64,000 nucleotides of DNA. Origin: an uncultured Gemmatimonadales bacterium (lineage in GTDB: Bacteria > Gemmatimonadota > Gemmatimonadetes > Gemmatimonadales > Gemmatimonadaceae). The stretch spans positions 160,001 through 224,000 of the forward strand of contig CAWKMU010000003.1 of the NCBI GenBank assembly GCA_963850905.1, in the 5' to 3' direction. Below are positions 22,070 to 30,715 of this stretch, in pieces. Each line of letters starts with the position of its first letter. Position 1 is the first letter of the stretch. The position numbers and the translations under genes are program-made. Below the pieces are notes generated by a model, which saw nothing but the letters and a program-made list of their open reading frames with translations, made no database searches and was not told the origin of the DNA.

Positions 22070-23597
22070 TGGCTTGCCCGCCCGGTGGACCATGGCGATA
22101 GAGGAGCCACGTTTCCGTGCGATAGACGTGATCGGGTGCAAGCCGCAACAGCGAGCGCGCCACGGCCGCCGCGTTCGAAGCCGAATCGGGCGGCAGCCAG
22201 CCACGCAATGCATTGCTCGTATGGTAGAGCGGGGCGAGACCCGCGCTTTCGATATCATTGCCTGACAAGCCGTACGAGGCTGGGCCGATGTGATCGTCCC
22301 ATTGGACGAGAGTGCCCGGCTCAGCGCGCGTCAACGCGGCCACCGCCCCAGGCCGGTCACCGAAGCGCAACGGGTTCTCCATCGGATCGCGCTCCAGGAG
22401 CACATCGGCGTACGACTGACTCCAGATGAAGCGCGCCACCGGCAGCGGATGGCCGCGGAACCACTGGACGGCGTCGAGAATGGGCCGCCACTCGCGCGTA
22501 CCCGGCTGGCCATCCGCAAAGGCGACGTCCCCCGCGAGCGCAATCGACAGAACGATGCCGGCGGCGAGCGCCAGGAGTCGGGGCTGTCGAAGACCCGACA
22601 ATGCGCGCGCGACCACATTCCAGCCGGCCAAGGTTGCGAACGCGAGCGCAGGGGCGACGCACACGTACGCGGCTGGAACCGGTGCCCACCCAAAGAAGCC
22701 GATTCGGCCGCCCACGAGATGGCCGGCAAACACCGCGAGTGCGAGCGCGATCGCGAACCGCGTTTCTCGCCGGCCAAGTGTGACCCAGAGACCGACTACG
22801 AAGGGCAAGACGAGAGCGACGCCGAGGGTTTCGCTCCATCGGGTCCCCTCGTTCTCCATGAGCGCGTGCAGCAACCCCCCGCGACGGAGTTGCGACATGG
22901 CCGTGTCCACTGGCATGAAGAGCGCCGGCCAGTTGTGGACGGGAAAGAGTGGGTCCAGCGTGATCTGGGCCGCCAGGTACCACCAGAGGGCAGGTGCAAT
23001 CGCGAGCGAGAGGATGAGAGCCACGCGCCCCGTCACAGAATGCGGTGAGCGGGGATCCCGCGCGGCCCACCACGCCCATAACGGGAGCAGGAGAAATCCC
23101 TCCGGACGCACCAGCGTGAGGAAGGATGCGACGATGAGGCCACCCACCACCCGCCCCCGTTGCCGCAACCACAGCGCGATCACCAGCAGAAGTGCAAACA
23201 GTGGCTCTGGTGTCGTTTGGCTCGAGAGCAGGAACACGCACGGCTGGAGCCACATCAGTGGAATAACGAGAGCCGGCCGCTCAAGGCCATACGCGCGGGC
23301 CAATTCGTATGTGAGCCACGCCGTCACGGCGGCGATCGCGACGGTCGCCACTTTGGCGGCGACGTACGCGGCGAAGCCGGATCCGGGCCAATGCGCCGGA
23401 ATCGAGTACACGAGCGTAAACAGTGGTCGGTCCCAGACATCGACCGCCATCCAGGGGTACATCCACATCCAGCGCGCGCGCAGGAAGTGAATCGTCGGAT
23501 CTTCGAAATAGCCGCCAGGGTAGAGCGCCACCATTGCGACGCCAACAACCACACACACGGCCAGCCACAGGCGGGCCGCTCGATCGTCAGAGTTCAT
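22038..23597 (-). CDS. Polytopic membrane protein, putative GT-C glycosyltransferase (pair A, paralog of 38994-40529)
   Basis: N-terminal TM, then YFED..HF..ARW, WDRPLFT, EPLFAL, RPEG; about 11 TM segments and a soluble C-terminal domain. Confidence 0.72.
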   Translation of the reverse strand: MNSDDRAARLWLAVCVVVGVAMVALYPGGYFEDPTIHFLRARWMWMYPWMAVDVWDRPLFTLVYSIPAHWPGSGFAAYVAAKVATVAIAAVTAWLTYELARAYGLERPALVIPLMWLQPCVFLLSSQTTPEPLFALLLVIALWLRQRGRVVGGLIVASFLTLVRPEGFLLLPLWAWWAARDPRSPHSVTGRVALILSLAIAPALWWYLAAQITLDPLFPVHNWPALFMPVDTAMSQLRRGGLLHALMENEGTRWSETLGVALVLPFVVGLWVTLGRRETRFAIALALAVFAGHLVGGRIGFFGWAPVPAAYVCVAPALAFATLAGWNVVARALSGLRQPRLLALAAGIVLSIALAGDVAFADGQPGTREWRPILDAVQWFRGHPLPVARFIWSQSYADVLLERDPMENPLRFGDRPGAVAALTRAEPGTLVQWDDHIGPASYGLSGNDIESAGLAPLYHTSNALRGWLPPDSASNAAAVARSLLRLAPDHVYRTETWLLYRHGPPGGQATTALPRSAVR

Positions 23598-23608
23598 GCG
23601 GCACAAGA

Positions 23609-25240
23609 TTATCGCGCGGACCGCAACTCGCAGCAAGTGGCGGTCGTATCGGACAGCCCGCGAGCCTGAGGACTCGGGCTCGCATCGCGTACGACGATGA
23701 CGCGAACCCGGCGATCCCCGGAACCAACCGCAGCGTCGCGCGCCACGCGCCCCGGGATGATCTTGGCCAGCGACTCTGGAGGCGTGCTGTACCATCGCGA
23801 TCGATAATCGAGCACGACCCAGGTGCGCGCGCCCGGCGACGGCCCGAGCACGTCCCCAGGTGCCGCGCCCGCACGCATGCCCCACATTGAGATCGGCGTG
23901 CCGCGCACGTAATACGCCAGTTGCACGCCCGCTTCAGGCGGTTGGACGATCACCGGCTCGCCAGCTCGCGCAGAGTCGATCAGCAGTGCCGCCGTCGGGC
24001 GATAGTCCGAGTCGCGCGCGAGGATCGTGGGATATTGCATGAGTCCATACGCACTCGCCCACAGCATCGCGAGGAAGACGGGCACCCCAAGCCAACGAGG
24101 CGCCCGCGCCACTCCCGCACCGAGCAAGAGACTGAGATACGGGCTCACGAACAGGAGGTAGCGCGTCAGCGAGAGTTCGTGCCAGATGGACACCACGGCG
24201 CCGCTCACCAGCGGGACCAGCAGGGCCCAGTACAGCACCCGCACTGGACCCCGCGCCCGTGTGCGAGGGGGATACGCGAAGGCAGTGACCATCGCGAGGA
24301 TGAGCAGCGGGAAGACGACGACTAGCCGCAAAACCGCCGGGCGTCCCCACTTCTCGACGATGGCCGGGTACAGGTCCCAGGGATAGAAATAGAGCCCGTG
24401 GACGGACCCAATAAAAAATTCGAGAAAATCTCGGGTTGCTCCGGCCAGGCCGATGGGGCCACGCCACGCCTGACTGCTCGCCGCCGCGCCGGCATCGACA
24501 CCGACGAGCAGCGGGAGGCACGCCAGCCCGATCGCGACCTGCGCGACGACCCATCCTCCACCAGCAGCACGCCGGGTGCCGGATGACACGCTGGGCCCCC
24601 GGGCCGCGATCAGCAGCATCGCATCGAGTGTCAGGACGGCATAGAGGAGCGCCACCAGCGGCAGGGTGTACAGAGATGCCACCGCGGAAAGCGCGTACAC
24701 GACGAGCGCCCGGTGTGGGCCAGTCGGCGCGGCCGTCCCGCTGAGCCGCCGAACGGCATCGCTCCGCCACTCGAGATACGCGGCCGTCGCCAGCGTCGCG
24801 AGGAGCGTCGCCAGCATGTAGACACGCGCTTCCTGCGCGAAATACAGCTGGAGCGGCGAAGTCGCGAGCAGCGCGACAGCGACGAGTGCAGCCGCTCGGC
24901 CGACGGTCTCGCGTCCAATCCAATACACCACCGGCAGCAGCAGCACGCTCACGGTGAGTGAGAACGCCCGTAATGCCGTTGTCGAGTCGCCCCACGCGAG
25001 CGTCCAGAGTTTGAGCAGCAGAAAGTAGAGTGGACTCGATGGGCTGTGCCGGATATTGGCCAGCATGCCGTGCACTGAATACGTTGTCAGCAGCCATGAG
25101 TTGGCCTCATCCAGCCACAGATTCGTCGCACCGATCCCCCGCGCCCGAATGACGAGAGCGAGGACCATGAGTGCGCCAATCACGGCAGCGTCTCCTGGTC
25201 GCACGGCGCTGCTCGTGGCCGCCGCTCGACCAGTGCTCAT
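23609..25240 (-). CDS. ArnT/PMT-like (GT39/GT83-type) membrane glycosyltransferase
   Basis: LWLDEA.S, SPLYFLLLKLW, LRAFS, SPLQLYFAQEARVY motifs; start uncertain (25240 or 25267). Confidence 0.85.
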   Translation of the reverse strand: MSTGRAAATSSAVRPGDAAVIGALMVLALVIRARGIGATNLWLDEANSWLLTTYSVHGMLANIRHSPSSPLYFLLLKLWTLAWGDSTTALRAFSLTVSVLLLPVVYWIGRETVGRAAALVAVALLATSPLQLYFAQEARVYMLATLLATLATAAYLEWRSDAVRRLSGTAAPTGPHRALVVYALSAVASLYTLPLVALLYAVLTLDAMLLIAARGPSVSSGTRRAAGGGWVVAQVAIGLACLPLLVGVDAGAAASSQAWRGPIGLAGATRDFLEFFIGSVHGLYFYPWDLYPAIVEKWGRPAVLRLVVVFPLLILAMVTAFAYPPRTRARGPVRVLYWALLVPLVSGAVVSIWHELSLTRYLLFVSPYLSLLLGAGVARAPRWLGVPVFLAMLWASAYGLMQYPTILARDSDYRPTAALLIDSARAGEPVIVQPPEAGVQLAYYVRGTPISMWGMRAGAAPGDVLGPSPGARTWVVLDYRSRWYSTPPESLAKIIPGRVARDAAVGSGDRRVRVIVVRDASPSPQARGLSDTTATCCELRSAR

Positions 25241-25793
25241 TCTCTGCGTCTCGGCCGCGATTGTCATGTTTCTATGTATGCCGTCCGCCCGCCATGCGGC
25301 AACGCCGGCATTCCCGGAGCGCGTTCGACACATCGGCCTCATCCAAAAGGACGCGGCGTTTCGGGTCGTGCGCGGGGGCGCGTCCGGTGACGTGTGGTTC
25401 GACGCCGCCGCTCCGACCTTCGCGTTCCGCCTCTTCGCGACAGGACTGAAAGCCGGCGTCCATTACCTGGTCGAGTTGAACGCCGACGGCCGCACATACG
25501 AGGTCACGAGTCGGATGGCGGACGCGCAAGGCCGAATCAACCTGGATACCACGCTGACACGATTTGAGACCGGCGCCTGTATCGGGGGCGACTACGTTCC
25601 ACCTCGACCGCTTCGCGGCGACCATACGATCAAATTCTTGGTGAAGCGCGACGGCAATCCCGTGTCGGGCACACGGCAAACACTCAGCAGATCAGCGAAC
25701 CCACCAGCCCTGCCCTGCCACGGTAACGGCGACGAAGATTTCGCCTACGCGCTCTACGAGGATAACCTAGCCAAGTTCACGGGCACCCGGTAG
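25215..25793 (+). CDS. Hypothetical exported or membrane-anchored protein, paralog of 21440-22069
   Basis: Hydrophobic N-terminal segment; VELNADGR, TLTRFETGACIG, LPCHGNGDEDFAY; start uncertain. Confidence 0.7.
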   Translation: MAAARPVLILCVSAAIVMFLCMPSARHAATPAFPERVRHIGLIQKDAAFRVVRGGASGDVWFDAAAPTFAFRLFATGLKAGVHYLVELNADGRTYEVTSRMADAQGRINLDTTLTRFETGACIGGDYVPPRPLRGDHTIKFLVKRDGNPVSGTRQTLSRSANPPALPCHGNGDEDFAYALYEDNLAKFTGTR

Positions 25794-25820
25794 CAGATCT
25801 GGCGGGCCATTCCCGCGCTG

Positions 25821-27506
25821 TCACTCGGCCGTTGGCGTGATGACTTGACACACATGATCCCGGTCGAGGTCCCAGCGGTGTATCCAGCCAACGAGGTCAG
25901 ACGTGAGCCGCAAACCATGCGCCGGCGTGACGATCGTATTGCGGTAGAACGGCCACCATGGCGGCTCATTGCCCGAATAGCCGTTGATCGTCGGGACACC
26001 GGTGTTCATCGATGCCCACATCCCATCCACCTGGTACCACCATGGGTCCTCGCGACCCGAGGTCGGTGTATACAGAAACGCGACGCAGTCAGGGCGAAGC
26101 GCCGATGCAATCACGGCGACTCGACGGCGCCCATCGATCTTGTCGAACGAGGCGAGCTCCTGTCGCTGCTCGTTCGCGATGCAGATCGCGGCCAGGGCAA
26201 GGATGCCGAGGTGCCTCCGAAAGCGCTCGGCAAACAACGCGACTCCTGCCCCCGCCGGGATGAGTAACATGAGTGCGATGCGCGAGACGCCGCGAATGGC
26301 AGCGGCCCCCGGTGCAGCGTAATACACAATGATCCAGAGGCTCGTGCCGTTGGGCCAGATCGTTGACAGCAGCACGATCGTGATTGCCACAGCCGACAAG
26401 AGCTGAATCGCCGGTCGGCGACGGCCGAGCCACAGTCCCGCGATCGCGATGATCGTGCTGATGAGACCGATGCCGAGTCGGTGCTCCTGGCCCTCGGCGG
26501 TGTCGTGGATCGCGGCAAATTGGTACATCCAACCGTAGAACCGGCTCTCGCGTCCGAGAAAAACCCAGGACCACAGGCGTGGCAAGTACCAGGTAACATT
26601 GGCGTACGTTCGGAGGCCGACATCGCTGGCCGCGCGCATGTATGGTAGCGCAAGGGGGATGAGAGCCAGCTCACTCCCAACGAGAGTGAGTCCGATCGCC
26701 CGTCGCGACTGACGGACTACAACCCAAAATCGTCGCCGGCGCGCGGGTATCGCCACGGCCCACGCCAGGCCTATGGCCAGACTGAAACCAAGGAACCACC
26801 CCAGGTAATAGCCTGCCCACAGCTGCGCAACGATGCTCGCACCCATCAGCGCGATCCACCACGGGCGCCGCTCGTCGCCTCGCGCTCGGGCGGTACCGTC
26901 AGCGGGTTCCTCGAAGATCCGGACGAGCGCATAGCACACGAACAGCACATAGAACTGGCCGGTCAACTGTTGATGCATGAGCTGAGCGACTCGGGTGCTG
27001 CCATACGCGAACACGAATCCGCCGAACGCGGCGGCCGTCCACCCGACGTGCAGCAGTCGGCGGCAGCACACAACCGCGACCGCGTAGTTGACCGACGCGA
27101 TCGTCATGACCCACAGTTGGAATGCGGTATCGGGCGCGGCGCCGAGGCCCCGCCAAAGCCAATAGAACGGCGCAACTCCCAACAGAATGTCGGAATAGGC
27201 GGCAGTGTTCGGCGCTGGGTAGAACACCGGCGGACTCCAGAGCGCGCGATGGCCGCGCACGCCAAGGATCCAACGGTACCCGTGTTCTAGGATGTAGTTG
27301 TTGAGACGGGTGTCCCCCCAGTCGCTCTGCATGCGACCAAGGGCAGAACTGATTGTTGGGTTGAAAGCGATCCACATCCCGATCGCCCAGCCCGCCAACA
27401 CGACCAGCATGCCGAGGATCGGCCGCTGCAAGTCGTCCCCACCCACTTCCGCCTGACCTTGTAATTGCGTCTGCCCGGGCGCTGTCGCCGGCACTGATGC
27501 ACCCAT
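25821..27506 (-). CDS. Polytopic membrane protein, putative GT-C / YfhO-like glycosyltransferase (pair B)
   Basis: GDTRLNNYILEH, WSPPVFYP..NT.AYSD.LLG, C-terminal PTINGYSG; near-colinear paralog of 29055-30701. Confidence 0.75.
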   Translation of the reverse strand: MGASVPATAPGQTQLQGQAEVGGDDLQRPILGMLVVLAGWAIGMWIAFNPTISSALGRMQSDWGDTRLNNYILEHGYRWILGVRGHRALWSPPVFYPAPNTAAYSDILLGVAPFYWLWRGLGAAPDTAFQLWVMTIASVNYAVAVVCCRRLLHVGWTAAAFGGFVFAYGSTRVAQLMHQQLTGQFYVLFVCYALVRIFEEPADGTARARGDERRPWWIALMGASIVAQLWAGYYLGWFLGFSLAIGLAWAVAIPARRRRFWVVVRQSRRAIGLTLVGSELALIPLALPYMRAASDVGLRTYANVTWYLPRLWSWVFLGRESRFYGWMYQFAAIHDTAEGQEHRLGIGLISTIIAIAGLWLGRRRPAIQLLSAVAITIVLLSTIWPNGTSLWIIVYYAAPGAAAIRGVSRIALMLLIPAGAGVALFAERFRRHLGILALAAICIANEQRQELASFDKIDGRRRVAVIASALRPDCVAFLYTPTSGREDPWWYQVDGMWASMNTGVPTINGYSGNEPPWWPFYRNTIVTPAHGLRLTSDLVGWIHRWDLDRDHVCQVITPTAE

Positions 27507-27631
27507 GTGCACGAAGTACCACCGTGTCGCGTAAAGAGCAAGCCGCTCGCGATCGAGCGGATTGGCTTATGAGCGGGCTATCGGATACGTTTGCCGCCGT
27601 TCGTTGTTGACGCAACTGGTGACCGCATTCG

Positions 27632-29128
27632 ATGACTGCGCGGCGCTCGCCCGAAGACGCGGGGCACCGCTCGCAGGATAGAGTCCAACCGTCCCCCGCG
27701 GACGCCGTCAGCAATCGCTTGAAAAAACCAGACCCACACGCCGTAGCAGGTCGAGAAGCGAGTAGCAGTCAACAGTGGCAGCGCATCGTGGAGTGGGCGC
27801 TGCTCGCCGTCGGTGCGATGGTGTACGTCACGCTGCCGCACCTGATCGACGGAGACGCCGCTGTGCGCTACGACTCGCTGGTGAAGCTCGTAGACCGGCA
27901 CCAGTTATCGAACGCACGCTACTCGATCGTCCAGGAAGTGGTCTCGATTCCCTTGTACGTCCTGGGCAACCGCTATCGAGCCGCGTTTGCGTTTGTGGAG
28001 CGCTTCAACCTGCTCGTCTTCTTTGGGGGCGTCGTTGCACTCTACTGGATGTTTCGCAGGCACCTCAATCGAGACGTTCTCCGACGATTCCTCCTACTCT
28101 TGGTCGCCGGAACCATGTTCCCGTACCACACCACGAATTACTATGGCGAGATCTTCACCGCGGTGGCTGCGGCCCTCGGCCTTGCACTGTACGCGCGCGG
28201 GCAGTTCATCACCGGGACGGTTACTGTCGTGCTCGGAGTCGTCAACAGTCCCGCCACGCTGGGGGGCCTTGTACTGGCTGCTGCGTCCAATGCATGGCGG
28301 ACCAAGTGCTGGCTGAGATGGGCCGCACCAGTCATTGCGAGCGCCGCCCTGATCGCGGCGGAGTCGTGGGTTCGTCGCGGGAGCCCGTTCCAACACGGGT
28401 ATGAAGGGGATGCCGGCGCGCGCACGGTGTTGCCGTTTTCGGCACGGCCGGGGTTCAGCTATCCGCTGATACTCGGTGTGCTATCCGAAACGCTCTCGTT
28501 TGGCAAAGGCATCGCGTTCTTCGCGCCTGGATTGGCGCTCATCTTCGCGCGGCGTGATCGCTTCCCGCCCGTGGTGGAGGCATTCTTTCGGGCATGCGGA
28601 CTCTTTCTGTGCGGGATGATCCTCGTCTACGCCAAGTGGTGGTCCTGGTATGGAGGGTGGTACTGGGGCCCTCGCTTCCTGCTGTTCGCCGGGTTTCCGG
28701 CATCACTGCTGCTCGCGTACCATCTCTCCACCGGTACGGACAGGCGTAGCGTGCGAGTCTTCACCTTGGTGTTGCTCGCTCTATCCGTCTGGGTCGCCGC
28801 GAATGGCGCGGTGTTCCGACAGGATGATCAGGGCATCTGCCAGGCGAACAACTACGCGCTCGAGTCTCTATGCTGGTATACGCCAGAGTTCAGTCCGCTG
28901 GTGCTGCCATTCATTCACCATCGCGTCCTCGATCTTCGCGAACGCCTCACGCTCGCCTACTTCGCAGCCGTCGGCCTCTGCCTGGCCATCCCGACCGCCC
29001 GCCGGCTCTTCGAGCGTGGCCCCAACACGGAGTCATCGACCGTCGCCGATCCTCTCACGACGTCACACGGCACAGGCGTGACGCGTCGAGAGACCACCGA
29101 GCCGCCCACGCCTGTATCGCCCGCGTAA
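27632..29128 (+). CDS. Polytopic membrane protein, putative GT-C glycosyltransferase
   Basis: IDGD after the first TM, YYGE, KGIAFFAP, WWSWYGGWYWGPRFL; multiple TM segments; start uncertain. Confidence 0.7.
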   Translation: MTARRSPEDAGHRSQDRVQPSPADAVSNRLKKPDPHAVAGREASSSQQWQRIVEWALLAVGAMVYVTLPHLIDGDAAVRYDSLVKLVDRHQLSNARYSIVQEVVSIPLYVLGNRYRAAFAFVERFNLLVFFGGVVALYWMFRRHLNRDVLRRFLLLLVAGTMFPYHTTNYYGEIFTAVAAALGLALYARGQFITGTVTVVLGVVNSPATLGGLVLAAASNAWRTKCWLRWAAPVIASAALIAAESWVRRGSPFQHGYEGDAGARTVLPFSARPGFSYPLILGVLSETLSFGKGIAFFAPGLALIFARRDRFPPVVEAFFRACGLFLCGMILVYAKWWSWYGGWYWGPRFLLFAGFPASLLLAYHLSTGTDRRSVRVFTLVLLALSVWVAANGAVFRQDDQGICQANNYALESLCWYTPEFSPLVLPFIHHRVLDLRERLTLAYFAAVGLCLAIPTARRLFERGPNTESSTVADPLTTSHGTGVTRRETTEPPTPVSPA

Positions 29129-30701
29129 CCGCCGTATCTGCCGCGCCTGGCCCGATCATGTTTCGGTAGAACGTCCAACCAGGGGGGATGTTTCCGGAGT
29201 AGCCATTGACCGTGGGCACGCCAGTCTCCACGGAGGCCCACATCGCATCCGTCTGGTACAGCCAGGGATCCCCCGCCCCATTCCGCGGCGTATACAGGAA
29301 GGCGACACAGTGCGGGCTCACCCCCCGCGCGACCGCTTCGGCCCGCTCCCGTGCCACGCCTTTGTCGTACGACGGCAGCGCTTGCCATTGCTCCGCAGCG
29401 ACAACGAGACCGATCACGGCGACCACCGCAGGCCATCGTCGCCAACGCTCAACCGCGACGGCACATCCAATGCCCGCCGGGATCAGCAACGCCAGGGCAA
29501 TGCGTGACACCCCCCGTACGGCAGCCGCACCCGGGACATCGCGGTAGACGACTATCCACGCGCTTCGACCATTCGGCCAGCACGTCGATACCAGGACCAC
29601 GGTGACGACGCAGGCGATCATGACCTGGCCAACGCCTCTGCGCCGTACGCTCCAGAGGCCCATACCCGCCAGCAGCGTCGTGACAAAGCCGATGCCAAGG
29701 TGATGCTCCCACGGCTCCGGGATCGACGCGAATACGGAGAAGCGCGAGAGCCATCCATAGAGAGCGCTGTTACTTCCCTCGAAAACCCACGACCACACCC
29801 TCGGCAGATACGGCCCGACCAAACTGTAGGGTCGCAAGCCGACCGTGTGCACCGCTTGCAGATACGGACGCCCCAGGGGAATCAACGCCATTGCACAGCC
29901 GGCGAGCGCTGCTGCGGCTGCGACGGCAGCAGGTCTGCCGACGGCGAGAACAGGTGGCCGGCTCGCCGGCAGAATGACAGCCCACACGAACGCCAACATC
30001 AGCGCGAAAACCAGGAACCAGCCCTCGTAGTAGCCCCCGTAGAGCTGCAGAACAACACACGCAGCCAGGACCCCAATCCAACGAGAGGATCGTGTCGCGT
30101 TCATGCGGGGGTCGCTCCGGTCGGCCGATAGTTGGAAGCAGCGCGCGATGGCATACAACGCGAGGAGCCAGTAGAACTGGCCCAGCAGCTGCGCATGCCC
30201 GATCTGTGCGATTCGCGAGCTGCCGAACGCAAACACGAACGACCCGATGGCTGCGGCGGGCCAGTCGACTTTGAGCAATCGCCGACAGCACACCACGGCC
30301 GCGACGTAATTGAACGACACGACCGTGAGCATCCAGAGTTGATAACTGGTGTCAGGAGCGAAACCCGCGACCCGCCACGGCCAGTAGAGCGGCGCAACAC
30401 CCAGCAGGATGTCCGAGTACGCCCCAGTGTTGGGGACGGGATAGAAAATCGGCGGGCTCCACAGAGCCTGATGGCCCGGCATCCGCAACAGCCAGCGATA
30501 TCCATGCTCCAGGATGTAGTTGTTGAGACGGGCATCACTCAGATCGCCCTGGATTTGCCCCAGACCCGACGCGAACGTGCGACCGAAGGCCACCCACAGG
30601 CCAACGGCCCACGCGACGAGCACCGGCCATGCGCCGAGCACAGCGGCGGGATGGCCGATGCCGCGAGCTTCGCCCGGTGCTGGTACCGTCGATGCAGACA
30701 T
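29055..30701 (-). CDS. Polytopic membrane protein, putative GT-C / YfhO-like glycosyltransferase (pair B)
   Basis: SDARLNNYILEH, YSDILLG, PTVNGYSG; paralog of 25821-27506. Confidence 0.75.
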   Translation of the reverse strand: MSASTVPAPGEARGIGHPAAVLGAWPVLVAWAVGLWVAFGRTFASGLGQIQGDLSDARLNNYILEHGYRWLLRMPGHQALWSPPIFYPVPNTGAYSDILLGVAPLYWPWRVAGFAPDTSYQLWMLTVVSFNYVAAVVCCRRLLKVDWPAAAIGSFVFAFGSSRIAQIGHAQLLGQFYWLLALYAIARCFQLSADRSDPRMNATRSSRWIGVLAACVVLQLYGGYYEGWFLVFALMLAFVWAVILPASRPPVLAVGRPAAVAAAAALAGCAMALIPLGRPYLQAVHTVGLRPYSLVGPYLPRVWSWVFEGSNSALYGWLSRFSVFASIPEPWEHHLGIGFVTTLLAGMGLWSVRRRGVGQVMIACVVTVVLVSTCWPNGRSAWIVVYRDVPGAAAVRGVSRIALALLIPAGIGCAVAVERWRRWPAVVAVIGLVVAAEQWQALPSYDKGVARERAEAVARGVSPHCVAFLYTPRNGAGDPWLYQTDAMWASVETGVPTVNGYSGNIPPGWTFYRNMIGPGAADTAVTRAIQAWAARWSLDASRLCRVTS

Positions 30702-30715
30702 CGGCCGCGCCAGAG

